Part shown: positions 8,601-17,379 of the stretch, one piece after another
Numbering within the stretch: the first letter of the stretch is position 1
Layout: each line of letters begins with the position of its first letter
Origin: Candidatus Woesearchaeota archaeon
GTDB taxonomy: Archaea; Nanobdellota; Nanobdellia; Woesearchaeales; JACPBV01
Direction of reading: 5' to 3'
NCBI GenBank assembly: GCA_016180135.1
Contig: JACPBV010000007.1
Span: 41,248-105,247 of the forward strand
DNA: 64,000 bases
The notes under the pieces: model-generated
Told to the model about the DNA's origin: nothing
Seen by the model: only the letters and a program-made list of their open reading frames with translations
Databases searched by the model: none
Translations under genes and position numbers: made by a program

Positions 8601-9452
8601 CTAAACCTTGCTTTTAGCCATAAATGACAAGGGATATATTTTCTTGAAATGCGCAAAAGCTTCCTTAAGATTTTTCTGGCTGTCAAAAATTCCAAAGACG
8701 CTTGAGCCGCTCCCGGACAGGAGTGATTGCACAGCACCCTTCATTTGCAGGCCTTCCTTTATCTTTTTTAACTCGGGATATTTCGTGAAGGTGGCTGGCT
8801 CAAAGTCATTATGAAATTTTGGGCAGCTCAATTCCTGATGAGCATAAACTTCATCTTTGCTTGAGCCATCTTCTAACGCTTCACGGCATTTTTCTTTTCC
8901 GCAATATCTGTCAAATTCAGCATACGCTTCTTTTGTTGGAATGCTGAAGCCGGGGAAGACAATGAGAAAATCCATCTGAGGCAAAGATATCTTTTCAACA
9001 ATCTCGCCTTTGCCGCTGACGGCGCAGCTTCCCCCGACGATAAAGAACGGAACATCGGAGCCGATCGCCGCTGCAATCTTCAGCAGATCCTTTTCAGGAA
9101 GGTTGATGCCCCAAAGGGTGTTCAGGCCCATCAGGACTGCCGCTGCATCGCTTGAGCCACCGCCGAGGCCGGCTCCGATAGGAATGTTCTTCTTTAATGT
9201 TATCTGGGCGCCTTTGGGAATCTGGAACACTTCTTTCAGGAGCATCGCTGCACGATAGCAAAGATTATCTTCGTTCTCAAGCTCCTTAATGTTGCAGGTG
9301 AGGATGACTTTATCTTCAGCCAAAGGCTCGAGCGCAATCTCGTCAAAGAGAGTTACTTCCTGGAATATTGAGCTGATCTCGTGGAAGCCGTCATTTCTCC
9401 GCCGGAGGATATTCAGAGTAAGGTTTACTTTTGCGTGGGCTTTGAGCATCAT
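8601..9452 (-). CDS. ispE: GHMP kinase, 4-diphosphocytidyl-2-C-methyl-D-erythritol kinase (IspE)-like
   Basis: KVNLTLNILRRRNDGFHEISSIFQEVTLFDEIALE N-terminal IspE pattern; GHMP ATP-binding loop PIGAGLGGGSSDAAAVLMGLN. Confidence 0.7.
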   Translation of the reverse strand: MMLKAHAKVNLTLNILRRRNDGFHEISSIFQEVTLFDEIALEPLAEDKVILTCNIKELENEDNLCYRAAMLLKEVFQIPKGAQITLKKNIPIGAGLGGGSSDAAAVLMGLNTLWGINLPEKDLLKIAAAIGSDVPFFIVGGSCAVSGKGEIVEKISLPQMDFLIVFPGFSIPTKEAYAEFDRYCGKEKCREALEDGSSKDEVYAHQELSCPKFHNDFEPATFTKYPELKKIKEGLQMKGAVQSLLSGSGSSVFGIFDSQKNLKEAFAHFKKIYPLSFMAKSKV

Positions 9453-9564
9453 AACCTAACGAGATGGAGGTGGAGAATAAAAAGTTTGCCAATGGAGGGG
9501 ATACCCCCAATCAATCTGGGTGATATGCGCATTTTCAATTACCTTTATATAATCCCTCTTTTTC

Positions 9565-12500
9565 TTGCTTTTGAGAATGGGGGATAACGGTTCAATCCAA
9601 CGGGAAGCGAAGGAATCTGATGACGATTCAGAGGAGTTTTCTGTCAACCTTTCGAAGATCAAAGGATTCTTTGGCAGGCTTAAAGGCAGGGTTTCATCAC
9701 AGAAAGTGGGTCATGAGGCTTCTCCGAAGGAATATATGAAACATAGCCAGATCGGAGAAGATGGGGAACCCGAAAAGGATTTGGAAACTGAAAGAGATAA
9801 AGAGCATCATAAAGGTAAAGGTCATGAGAGAGATGAAGACCATGACGGAGATGGGGAAGACGAGCAGTCAATCAGCCTAAACCCCCAGCTGGCTGCAAAG
9901 GTAAAAAAAGCACTATTCAAATACTGGCCGTATCTTCTTATCATTATTCCCATCCTCATAACGGTTAATGTCCGGGAGCAGACGCTTAATCTTACTATTG
10001 CCGATGACTGGGCAAGGAATGCCGTCTATGACTACTACAGGAACCAGATTACGGGGCAGGTGAGGCAGCAATATCCGAATCTTCCTGATCAGAATATCCA
10101 GGGCATCGTCAATGATGAATTCCAGAAGTTTGTTAACAGCAATCAGGCTTTGGTCCGGGATCAGATGAGGGGAACGGCCCAGAATTTCAAGGAGTATTTC
10201 CAGTATGAGTCCGGGAGTAAGAAATACGCTTACATGGGGGACATCGATTCTTATTATTGGCTGAGAGCTGCAAGAAACCTCGAGCAGAAGGGAACAATCT
10301 GCGATCTTATCGAAGACGGAAACTGCATCGATACGTATACCCTTGCCCCTGCCAAAGAAGGGATGTATCCCAACCTGCACCCGTATGCGATCTTCTACCT
10401 CTACAAAGCGCTCAAGCCGTTCAATAAAGACCTTACGCTGATGCAGGCAGAGCTTTTGGTTCCGACGTTCTTCGCCATCATCGTTGCAATCCTTACGTTT
10501 ATCATGATGTTTGAGGCGTTTGGGCCATTGGCTGCGCTGATATCCTCAGTCCTCATCTCGGTAAGCCCCATGTTTCTGACAAGAAGCCTTGGCTCCGACA
10601 CTGACGTCTATAATGTTCTTTTTCCGGTCATCGCAGTATTCTTTATTTTTGAGGCGTTCCATGCAAAGTCCTTAAAGCCCCGCATCATCCATTCCTCCCT
10701 TGCAGGCATCTTCCTTGGGTTCTACAGCTTCGCATGGGTCGGCTGGTGGTATCTTTTTGACTTTGCCATCCTGGCTCTTGTTATCGATTTTGCCATCAAG
10801 CTCTTTAAGCACGGGCACAAGGCAAAAGATTTCAGCATCAGAGGGCTCCGCAAATTCCCACACACCAAAGAATTTCTTTCCATCCTGCTTCCGCTGGCCG
10901 TGTTTACTCTCATCACCGTCGGAGCAGTCACCGACATCGGCAACATCACCACATTCTACAAAGAGCCGTTTGCCTTCATGAAAGCCAAATCGGCCGCTAA
11001 CCCAAGCTTATGGCCGAATGTCAAAACGACAGTCGCTGAATTCAATGAGTCTTCAGTTGAGACAATCGTTTCAAGCATGGGCGGCATCTGGCCTTTTTTC
11101 TTCGCATCTACAGGATTTTTGATACTCCTGTTCTACCGGTTCAGAAATTTCTCACGGGATTTCTTCTTTTTCTTTGTTACCCTGATCGCGCTTTACCTTG
11201 GGTATAAATGGGCTCCGGCCTATTACCTGCTGCTTGCGGTTATCCCCCTTACTTATTACTTCACCAACAGGTCATGGCCGCCGACAGTGTTTGTGATCTC
11301 AACAGCGCTTCTTTACTACCTTTCGACGCCGACGGGCACCAATTTGAGGCCATCCAGTTATCTGTTTATCTATGCCCTGCCTTTTTTGGCCGGAACAATC
11401 CTCTCCATCCGGTCGGAAGATGAGCATGACCAAAAGCTTTCTTTCCTTTTCTTTCTTTGGGTCGCTGCCTCGATTTTTGCTTCCCTCAAGGGAGTAAGGT
11501 TCATCCTGCTCATGGTTCCGCCTCTTGCAATCGGCGCAGGGATCACCTTCGGGTATATGAGCAGCGTCCTCTCAAGATTGGCAGCAAAGCCATTGAAGAT
11601 AAAAAAAGCAGTCATCTCGGCAATCCTCTTTTTGGTGTTTTCCTATTATCTGGTCGGGCCTGTCGGCGCAGGGATCAGCGTCGCCAAGAATTATCTTCCA
11701 AGTGTCAATGACCAGTGGTGGGATGTTCTTACAAAAATAAAAGACAATTCCCAGCCGAATGCCATCATCAACTCCTGGTGGGACTTCGGGCACTGGTTCA
11801 AGTATATTGCAGACAGGGGCGTTACCTTAGACGGCTCTTCACAGAACGCTCCCCCTCTGCATTGGCTGGGAAAAACTCTTCTCACTCCTGACGAGAATGA
11901 GGCCAGAGGAATCCTGCGGATGCTTTCGTGCGGGAGCAATAATGCTTTCCACGGCGTCAATGCGCAGGGCAATTTCACTCCGAAAGCGGTCGATGCGCTC
12001 CATACCATAACTGCCATCAAGGGCAAAGAGGATGCTGCAAAGGCGCTTCAGAAGCTGGGATACGAAGAAGAGAACATCCGGGCTGCGCTCACCTACAGCC
12101 ACTGCGATGCGCCTGAAGATTTCTTCATCACCAGCCAAGATATGGTCGGGAAGGGGGGCGTGTGGGCGCACTTTGGCAGCTGGGACTTCAACAGGGCATT
12201 CCTCGAAAGGACGTTCAGGGAATCAGGAAGTGAACCTGAATTTGCGATGAAGGTAAAAGAGCATTACAATTATACTGATGAGTTTATCCAGTCCTCTTAC
12301 CGGCAGCTTTCATCACTGAAATCGGATCAGGCGATCAACCAGTGGATCTCACCCTGGCCGAGCTATCTGGGCGGGCCGTCACGATGCAGGAATGAGTCAT
12401 CCAAGGCCACATGCAGGTTCCAGAATGTTGATGTGACTGTCAACCTGAGCAGGATGGATGCCTCAATCCAGACGCCGCAGGGGACCAAATATGTTGATGT

Positions 12501-12819
12501 CCTCAGCTGGACAACTCCTGACTCTGTTGTTTCAAAGAATTTCACCGGTGATACTATCGGCGTCGGTATGGTGCTGCTTATAGAGAAAAGCGGATATAAT
12601 GCCGTGTTCATGACACCGCAGCTTGTCAACAGCACTTTCACCAAGCTCTTTTACCTCGACGGCCACGGGACAAGGTTTTTTGACCTGTTTTCGGACACCC
12701 AGGGCATGAACGGCTTTTCCATCAAGGCATGGAAACTGAACTGGGAAGGGAGAAATGAGTCCATCAAAGTTGACAGGTTTAATGTGACAAACAGGTATTT
12801 CGGAAAGAATCAACCTTGA
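9565..12819 (+). CDS. aglB: archaeal oligosaccharyltransferase AglB (STT3 family) with acidic/His-rich N-terminal extension
   Basis: 13 predicted TM helices in the N-terminal half; WWDFGHW variant of the catalytic WWDYG motif at INSWWDFGHWFKYIADRG; long C-terminal periplasmic domain; the first 110 aa or so are low-complexity (DDDSEEF, HHKGKGHERDEDHDGDGEDEQ). Confidence 0.85.
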   Translation: MLLRMGDNGSIQREAKESDDDSEEFSVNLSKIKGFFGRLKGRVSSQKVGHEASPKEYMKHSQIGEDGEPEKDLETERDKEHHKGKGHERDEDHDGDGEDEQSISLNPQLAAKVKKALFKYWPYLLIIIPILITVNVREQTLNLTIADDWARNAVYDYYRNQITGQVRQQYPNLPDQNIQGIVNDEFQKFVNSNQALVRDQMRGTAQNFKEYFQYESGSKKYAYMGDIDSYYWLRAARNLEQKGTICDLIEDGNCIDTYTLAPAKEGMYPNLHPYAIFYLYKALKPFNKDLTLMQAELLVPTFFAIIVAILTFIMMFEAFGPLAALISSVLISVSPMFLTRSLGSDTDVYNVLFPVIAVFFIFEAFHAKSLKPRIIHSSLAGIFLGFYSFAWVGWWYLFDFAILALVIDFAIKLFKHGHKAKDFSIRGLRKFPHTKEFLSILLPLAVFTLITVGAVTDIGNITTFYKEPFAFMKAKSAANPSLWPNVKTTVAEFNESSVETIVSSMGGIWPFFFASTGFLILLFYRFRNFSRDFFFFFVTLIALYLGYKWAPAYYLLLAVIPLTYYFTNRSWPPTVFVISTALLYYLSTPTGTNLRPSSYLFIYALPFLAGTILSIRSEDEHDQKLSFLFFLWVAASIFASLKGVRFILLMVPPLAIGAGITFGYMSSVLSRLAAKPLKIKKAVISAILFLVFSYYLVGPVGAGISVAKNYLPSVNDQWWDVLTKIKDNSQPNAIINSWWDFGHWFKYIADRGVTLDGSSQNAPPLHWLGKTLLTPDENEARGILRMLSCGSNNAFHGVNAQGNFTPKAVDALHTITAIKGKEDAAKALQKLGYEEENIRAALTYSHCDAPEDFFITSQDMVGKGGVWAHFGSWDFNRAFLERTFRESGSEPEFAMKVKEHYNYTDEFIQSSYRQLSSLKSDQAINQWISPWPSYLGGPSRCRNESSKATCRFQNVDVTVNLSRMDASIQTPQGTKYVDVLSWTTPDSVVSKNFTGDTIGVGMVLLIEKSGYNAVFMTPQLVNSTFTKLFYLDGHGTRFFDLFSDTQGMNGFSIKAWKLNWEGRNESIKVDRFNVTNRYFGKNQP

Positions 12820-12853
12820 CGAGAAGTTGTGTTCGATCTATAACTTACTGATA

Positions 12854-13096
12854 TCACAATGGCTGGAGTTTGCCATCACTTATTGTTATCTCTAGTGAGT
12901 ATCCTTTATAGGAAAGGCCAGGAAATGTTTCATTTAATGCCTTTATAGCATCACATCTCGGATTCCTTTGAATATGTTTTTTTAAATCTACATCCTGGCG
13001 AACAGACAAGCCATAGACAATATGATTACCAACTGGAACCTGTCCAGGCCTTTGAGTAACAAGATACCCAAAATCTTTTATGGCTTCATTTACCAT
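12854..13096 (-). CDS. small hypothetical protein (80 aa)
   Basis: ORF only; no recognisable motif. Confidence 0.2.
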   Translation of the reverse strand: MVNEAIKDFGYLVTQRPGQVPVGNHIVYGLSVRQDVDLKKHIQRNPRCDAIKALNETFPGLSYKGYSLEITISDGKLQPL

Positions 13097-13169
13097 CGGC
13101 CAGGCAATAAATGTGAATAAAATTCCAACGCCCCGTTATGTTTAAAATTATACCGGGCTGATTTCGGAA

Positions 13170-14222
13170 TTATTTATGCATCAGCCTAACAAAAAAAGTG
13201 AAACCGTCTTCTGCAATGATGAGATGTTGATTGTCCTGCCTTGTTTCATAGACTCTTGTTTGTTGAGGTATCAGATTATAAACGCTCTCGGCCGGATTAT
13301 GAGGCTTGTATCCTGCTTCACTCAAAACCCCAGCCCGTTTCTCAGGCGGAATAGGATTTCCGCAGATTTCCATAACAGCTGCGACTGGGGGATCCATAAT
13401 GTAATGCAGCCTCAACCCGTCTTCTGATGAAGCATCACTTATTTGCGAAGGATCTAACCTCAACCAATGCTCAAGGTAATTATGCAAACCAGGAGGAGTT
13501 ATCCTCATCAATGCAATCGTTGAAGGGCCATCACTTTTTTCAGGCTCGGCCTTACCAATTTGCCTGACCACAGCTATGAGATTATACCCTCCACCGCTAA
13601 AACTGTAAATTTGTGTGTAACTTCCTAAAAAGTGAAGGGATCTTTGATAAAAACCTCTTCTTCTTAGTTCTCCAATACCCTTAGCAAAGGGCAGTTGCTG
13701 GCCGCAGATGTCTTCTATCGCTTTTACAATCCTCTCCGGAGCTTTGATAGATTCAATCTCCATATCGCCTCCCTGAGGAGGAAAATATTTTAAATTATTT
13801 CCGTCAAGCTCTATCCCCCATCTGTTGGTAATCCCATCAATCTGTTGAAAGGTAAATCCACTTCTCAGAAAAAAATCAGAAATCAAATTCACAGGCTTTT
13901 CTTCTTGTGGTTCCTGAGGCTCTTGAAGGCTTAAGGCAGGAGGACAATGGGGCATAATCTTTCTTTGCCAAACTCCTTCTTCGCTTAATGCCCATCCTTG
14001 TTTACCCAGCAAAGCAATTGTTTCATCTCTTGAAGGCCTTAAACTGGAATCATAAGGAAAATCAGATTGTTGTTGTTCAATCATCCTTAACCTTGACAAA
14101 TTAATGGGGGGTGAATGATGTGGAATATCCCCATCGGTATCTCCACCATCTGGAACTGTGCCTTCTGGTTCAACAAAATCGTCAAGTGCTCCATTACTAT
14201 GCACTGGTTGATGAATCTTCAT
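13170..14222 (-). CDS. hypothetical protein (350 aa), Pro-rich N-terminus, no recognised family
   Basis: Long ORF with coherent composition; QEPQEPQEEKP linker; no motif I can assign. Confidence 0.45.
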   Translation of the reverse strand: MKIHQPVHSNGALDDFVEPEGTVPDGGDTDGDIPHHSPPINLSRLRMIEQQQSDFPYDSSLRPSRDETIALLGKQGWALSEEGVWQRKIMPHCPPALSLQEPQEPQEEKPVNLISDFFLRSGFTFQQIDGITNRWGIELDGNNLKYFPPQGGDMEIESIKAPERIVKAIEDICGQQLPFAKGIGELRRRGFYQRSLHFLGSYTQIYSFSGGGYNLIAVVRQIGKAEPEKSDGPSTIALMRITPPGLHNYLEHWLRLDPSQISDASSEDGLRLHYIMDPPVAAVMEICGNPIPPEKRAGVLSEAGYKPHNPAESVYNLIPQQTRVYETRQDNQHLIIAEDGFTFFVRLMHK

Positions 14223-14248
14223 CCCCTCCTTGAGAACCTCTTTTTACT

Positions 14249-14345
14249 ATAGCAAAGGACACAATATTTTAAGCATAATGTAACTGTCCTTTGCTTATTA
14301 CGAGTGGACAACTATTGCCCATTTATTTTTGTCCACGAGTATAAA
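14249..14345 (+). promoter_or_regulatory. conserved bipartite intergenic module, copy 2
   Basis: ATAGCAAAGGACAC...GTCCTTTGCT hairpin, then TATTACGAGTGGACAACTATTGCCCATTTATTTTTGTCCACGAGTAT; aligns with copy 3 with compensatory changes (AAGGAC/GTCCTT versus AAAGAC/GTCTTT). Confidence 0.45.
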
Positions 14346-14425
14346 TAGGAATTTGTATGCTCAATATAAAACTACCTGTTTGCTTTCAGTGTTGGCATGC
14401 TTCTGGCATTTTCTTGGCGCAAAAA

Positions 14426-15598
14426 TCATTTTGCCTCTCTTGCATTTTCTCTTTTCTTCAGCAGCACAGCGCAAAAGCACTGGAGCCCTTCACCTTTCCC
14501 CCAGGCAGTCAATTCCTCGCCGGAAGTTGCTGCGATGCCGACCTGCTCTTCATTTAGCAGGCAGAGCCTTGCAATATTTGCTTTGATCCTGCCCTCATAG
14601 CTGAAAAGCCTCGGTTTCTTCCCTTCAACCATCACTGCGATATTGCTGACTGCAAAGCCTTTTTCTTTAGCCATGCCGAGGGCAACCTCAAGATAGACCC
14701 TGCTGGTCTTTATTCCCTGTCTGCAAAGGGGGTCTGCATAGAAGCCCAGGCTTTTGCCGCCTACAGCAGTGCTTATGGCGTTGAACAATGCATGGAGGAT
14801 GACATCACCGTCGGAATTTGCCTCCAAGCCATTTTCATTGGGAATTTCAACCCCTCCAAGGATCAGCCTTTTTGGATTGATGTCAAACTTGTGGGAATCC
14901 TGGCCGAAACCGATGCGGTCAGCCTGGATGACAAGCCTTGCATTCTCCATGTCAATCGGATTTGTTATCTTGAAATTTTCCTTTGAGCATTCGATAAGCT
15001 TTACCTTGGCTCCAATCTTCTCAATCAGCTCCATGTCGTCTGTGCCATAATATTGCTCGTTGTAGGCATGCACCATCGCCTGAGTCATCAGATCAAATCT
15101 TGCTGCCTGCGGTGTCTGCATATGCCATAAGCGGTTCCGGTCAAGGGTCTTTATGACAAATCCTTTATCATCTGCCTCTTTGACAGTGTCTGCTGCCCTG
15201 AATCCTGCCGCAGCAGCCCCGCTCTCCCCTGCTGCCATGATGACCCTTCCGATGAGATTATCGTCGATGAATGGGTTTGCGCCGTTATGGATAAGGACAA
15301 TATCCGAAGGCTCTGCCTTTATTGCTTTGATGCCTTCATAGGCGCTGTCCTGCCTGTTCTCGCCCCCCTTGACAAGCCCAGTTACCTTTGAAAGCTGTTT
15401 TTTGTCGATAAGATACTGTATTTCCCCAAGATTTTCCTCATTTGCGACAATGGTGATGGTGTCAATGAAACTGGAATCCTCAAAAGCCTGCAGGGTGTGC
15501 CCAAGAAGAGGCTCTTTGTTCAGGAGCATCAGCAGCTTATTGATGGGGGAGTGCATCCGTGTCCCTTTCCCTGCCGCAAGGATGATGGCGTGGTTCAT
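14426..15598 (-). CDS. ispDF: bifunctional IspD/IspF (MEP cytidylyltransferase / MEcPP synthase)
   Basis: N-terminal ILAAGKGTRM nucleotidyltransferase motif (IspD); C-terminal RIGFGQDSHKF...GGVEIPNENGLEANSDGDVILHALFNAISTAVG is the IspF metal-binding signature. Confidence 0.85.
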   Translation of the reverse strand: MNHAIILAAGKGTRMHSPINKLLMLLNKEPLLGHTLQAFEDSSFIDTITIVANEENLGEIQYLIDKKQLSKVTGLVKGGENRQDSAYEGIKAIKAEPSDIVLIHNGANPFIDDNLIGRVIMAAGESGAAAAGFRAADTVKEADDKGFVIKTLDRNRLWHMQTPQAARFDLMTQAMVHAYNEQYYGTDDMELIEKIGAKVKLIECSKENFKITNPIDMENARLVIQADRIGFGQDSHKFDINPKRLILGGVEIPNENGLEANSDGDVILHALFNAISTAVGGKSLGFYADPLCRQGIKTSRVYLEVALGMAKEKGFAVSNIAVMVEGKKPRLFSYEGRIKANIARLCLLNEEQVGIAATSGEELTAWGKGEGLQCFCAVLLKKRENAREAK

Positions 15599-15868
15599 TG
15601 CCTCTGGAAAGCATAAAAATTATATAAAGATTTAGGGGGTGGAATAGCTAATTGGGATTAGTGAGGCTTAAGAACATTTCGGCACCCTTTTGGCTGGCGG
15701 CCTAAGATGAAATCTAACAATCCAATTTCTTATTATCTTCCTTTTAAACACTTTCAACAACCCCCGTTTGACTTTACCTTTTTGGTAATACACTTTCTGA
15801 CCGCCGAAAGTTTTATATATAGGTTATACTTAAATATTTAATATAAAGATTAAACAGGGGCAGCTTGT

Positions 15869-16090
15869 ATGGAAACCATCCAGTCAAAAGCAATACAGAT
15901 TGGCGGCTCGATTGCAGTAGTGATACCTCGGGCAGTTGTTATCAAAGAAAGGATCCAGCCTAATGACAGGCTATCAATGAAAATAGAGAAAACGATTGAT
16001 CTATCGCCAGTATGGGGGATCCTCAAAGATGTTAAAACTCCCACACAAAAAATTATGGAAGAAATTGATGAAGGGGAGACTGATGAGTAG
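15869..16090 (+). CDS. vapB: AbrB/MazE-fold antitoxin (VapB-like)
   Basis: AIQIGGSIAVVIPRAVV swapped-hairpin motif; 73 aa; ATGA overlap with the downstream PIN gene. Confidence 0.6.
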   Translation: METIQSKAIQIGGSIAVVIPRAVVIKERIQPNDRLSMKIEKTIDLSPVWGILKDVKTPTQKIMEEIDEGETDE

Positions 16091-16454
16091 GCCTTTATTC
16101 TATGATACTTATGCTATTATTGAGATTCTTAAGGCGAATCCCTTGTATCTACCATTCAAGGCCGGAATGGCAGGATTTACAAGCGAGCTTAACTTGATGG
16201 AAGCTGCCTATTATCTCATGAAAAACGGGAAGGAGAATGAAATTGGGGCGATAGTCGACACTTACTCACCATATGTGGTTCCAGTTGATATGGATGTCCT
16301 TCTTGTTGCAGCAAAGATGAAACTTAAATTCCTCAAAGAGAGGCTTTCCTTCGTTGACTGCATCGGCTATGTTCTTGCGAAAAAGCACAATGCTAAATTC
16401 TTAACAGGAGATGAAAAATTCAGGCACAAGGAAAATGTTGAGTTTGTAAAATAA
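16086..16454 (+). CDS. vapC: PIN-domain ribonuclease toxin (VapC-like)
   Basis: MSRPLFYDTYAIIE (N-terminal acidic D) and SFVDCIGYVLAKKHNAKFLTGDEKF (C-terminal D) match PIN catalytic residues; the ORF-track start at 15996 is over-extended. Confidence 0.6.
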   Translation, partial: SRPLFYDTYAIIEILKANPLYLPFKAGMAGFTSELNLMEAAYYLMKNGKENEIGAIVDTYSPYVVPVDMDVLLVAAKMKLKFLKERLSFVDCIGYVLAKKHNAKFLTGDEKFRHKENVEFVK

Positions 16455-16459
16455 ATCAG

Positions 16460-17332
16460 CTAAAGGACTTTCCCCCTATCCACTAATAAGTCACTCGCAA
16501 TAAAGCTGAAGCCTTTCTTTTTCTTCAGCAATAGATCCCCCAATGCCCCGTTGATATAAGCGGCATTGACGGCGGACTGGAACAAGCTTAATCCCTGCCC
16601 TAAAAAGCCGGCGCATAAGCCCGCAAGAACATCTCCTGTTCCGGCCTTTGCCATCCCCGGGTTGCCCGTTTTGTTGTAGGCAATCTTCTCTTTTGAGATG
16701 ACGGCATCAATCGGGCCTTTCAGAAGAATAACAATATTTTTTAATGGAAACTTTTTTCTAAGGAGTTCCTGTATTTTTATGGCTCTTTTCTGGATATTTA
16801 TTTTTCTGTCTGACACAAAGGCAACCGATTTTTTTGAAATCCCTGAATTTTCGAGCAGGAGCTTTAATTCTCCAAGGTGCGGTGTCAGAAGAGAGGCATT
16901 GCAGTCATGGAGCCCAATTGATTTGATTCCGTCGGCGTCGATGACAAGGGGATTTTTTGAATCCCGGATGAACTTTCTGGCAAACTTTTTTGACCTCAAC
17001 CCAAGCCCGTTCCCTATCAGGACGGCATCAAAGCTTTTTTCAACTTTCAATAAATGGGCTGTGAACTTTTCGGTAAAGTTTTTGCATGGAAACTTTTTGA
17101 CAACTAGATCGGGGCTTAATGCATTGATTGCCCAGCCGACTTTTTCAGGAGCTGCGACGGTTACCCAATCAACACCTGCCCTGAGTGCGGCAATCCCCGC
17201 CAATGCGAGCGCGCCAACATAATCTTCTGAGCCGCCAATTATCAGAACTTTGCCGGAGTCGCCCTTGATGGCTTTTAGAGACCGCTGGGGAATAGCAATA
17301 TCTTTTTTGGCAATATACTCCATACCCCCCAC
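16460..17332 (-). CDS. nnrD: ADP-dependent NAD(P)H-hydrate dehydratase (YjeF C-terminal domain only)
   Basis: GDSGKVLIIGGSEDYVGALALAGIAALRAGVDWVTVAAPE and AAYINGALGD match the carbohydrate-kinase-like YjeF_C fold. Confidence 0.8.
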   Translation of the reverse strand: MGGMEYIAKKDIAIPQRSLKAIKGDSGKVLIIGGSEDYVGALALAGIAALRAGVDWVTVAAPEKVGWAINALSPDLVVKKFPCKNFTEKFTAHLLKVEKSFDAVLIGNGLGLRSKKFARKFIRDSKNPLVIDADGIKSIGLHDCNASLLTPHLGELKLLLENSGISKKSVAFVSDRKINIQKRAIKIQELLRKKFPLKNIVILLKGPIDAVISKEKIAYNKTGNPGMAKAGTGDVLAGLCAGFLGQGLSLFQSAVNAAYINGALGDLLLKKKKGFSFIASDLLVDRGKVL

Positions 17333-17379
17333 TTGTTGGGCAGATTATATAAAAATATCTAAAATCTATCTGGTTTTCT

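Noticed and set aside
9580-9600. tRNA T-arm-like GGTTCAATCC
   Set aside because: The flanking sequence cannot form the T-stem or an acceptor stem. No cloverleaf could be built here or elsewhere in the window.
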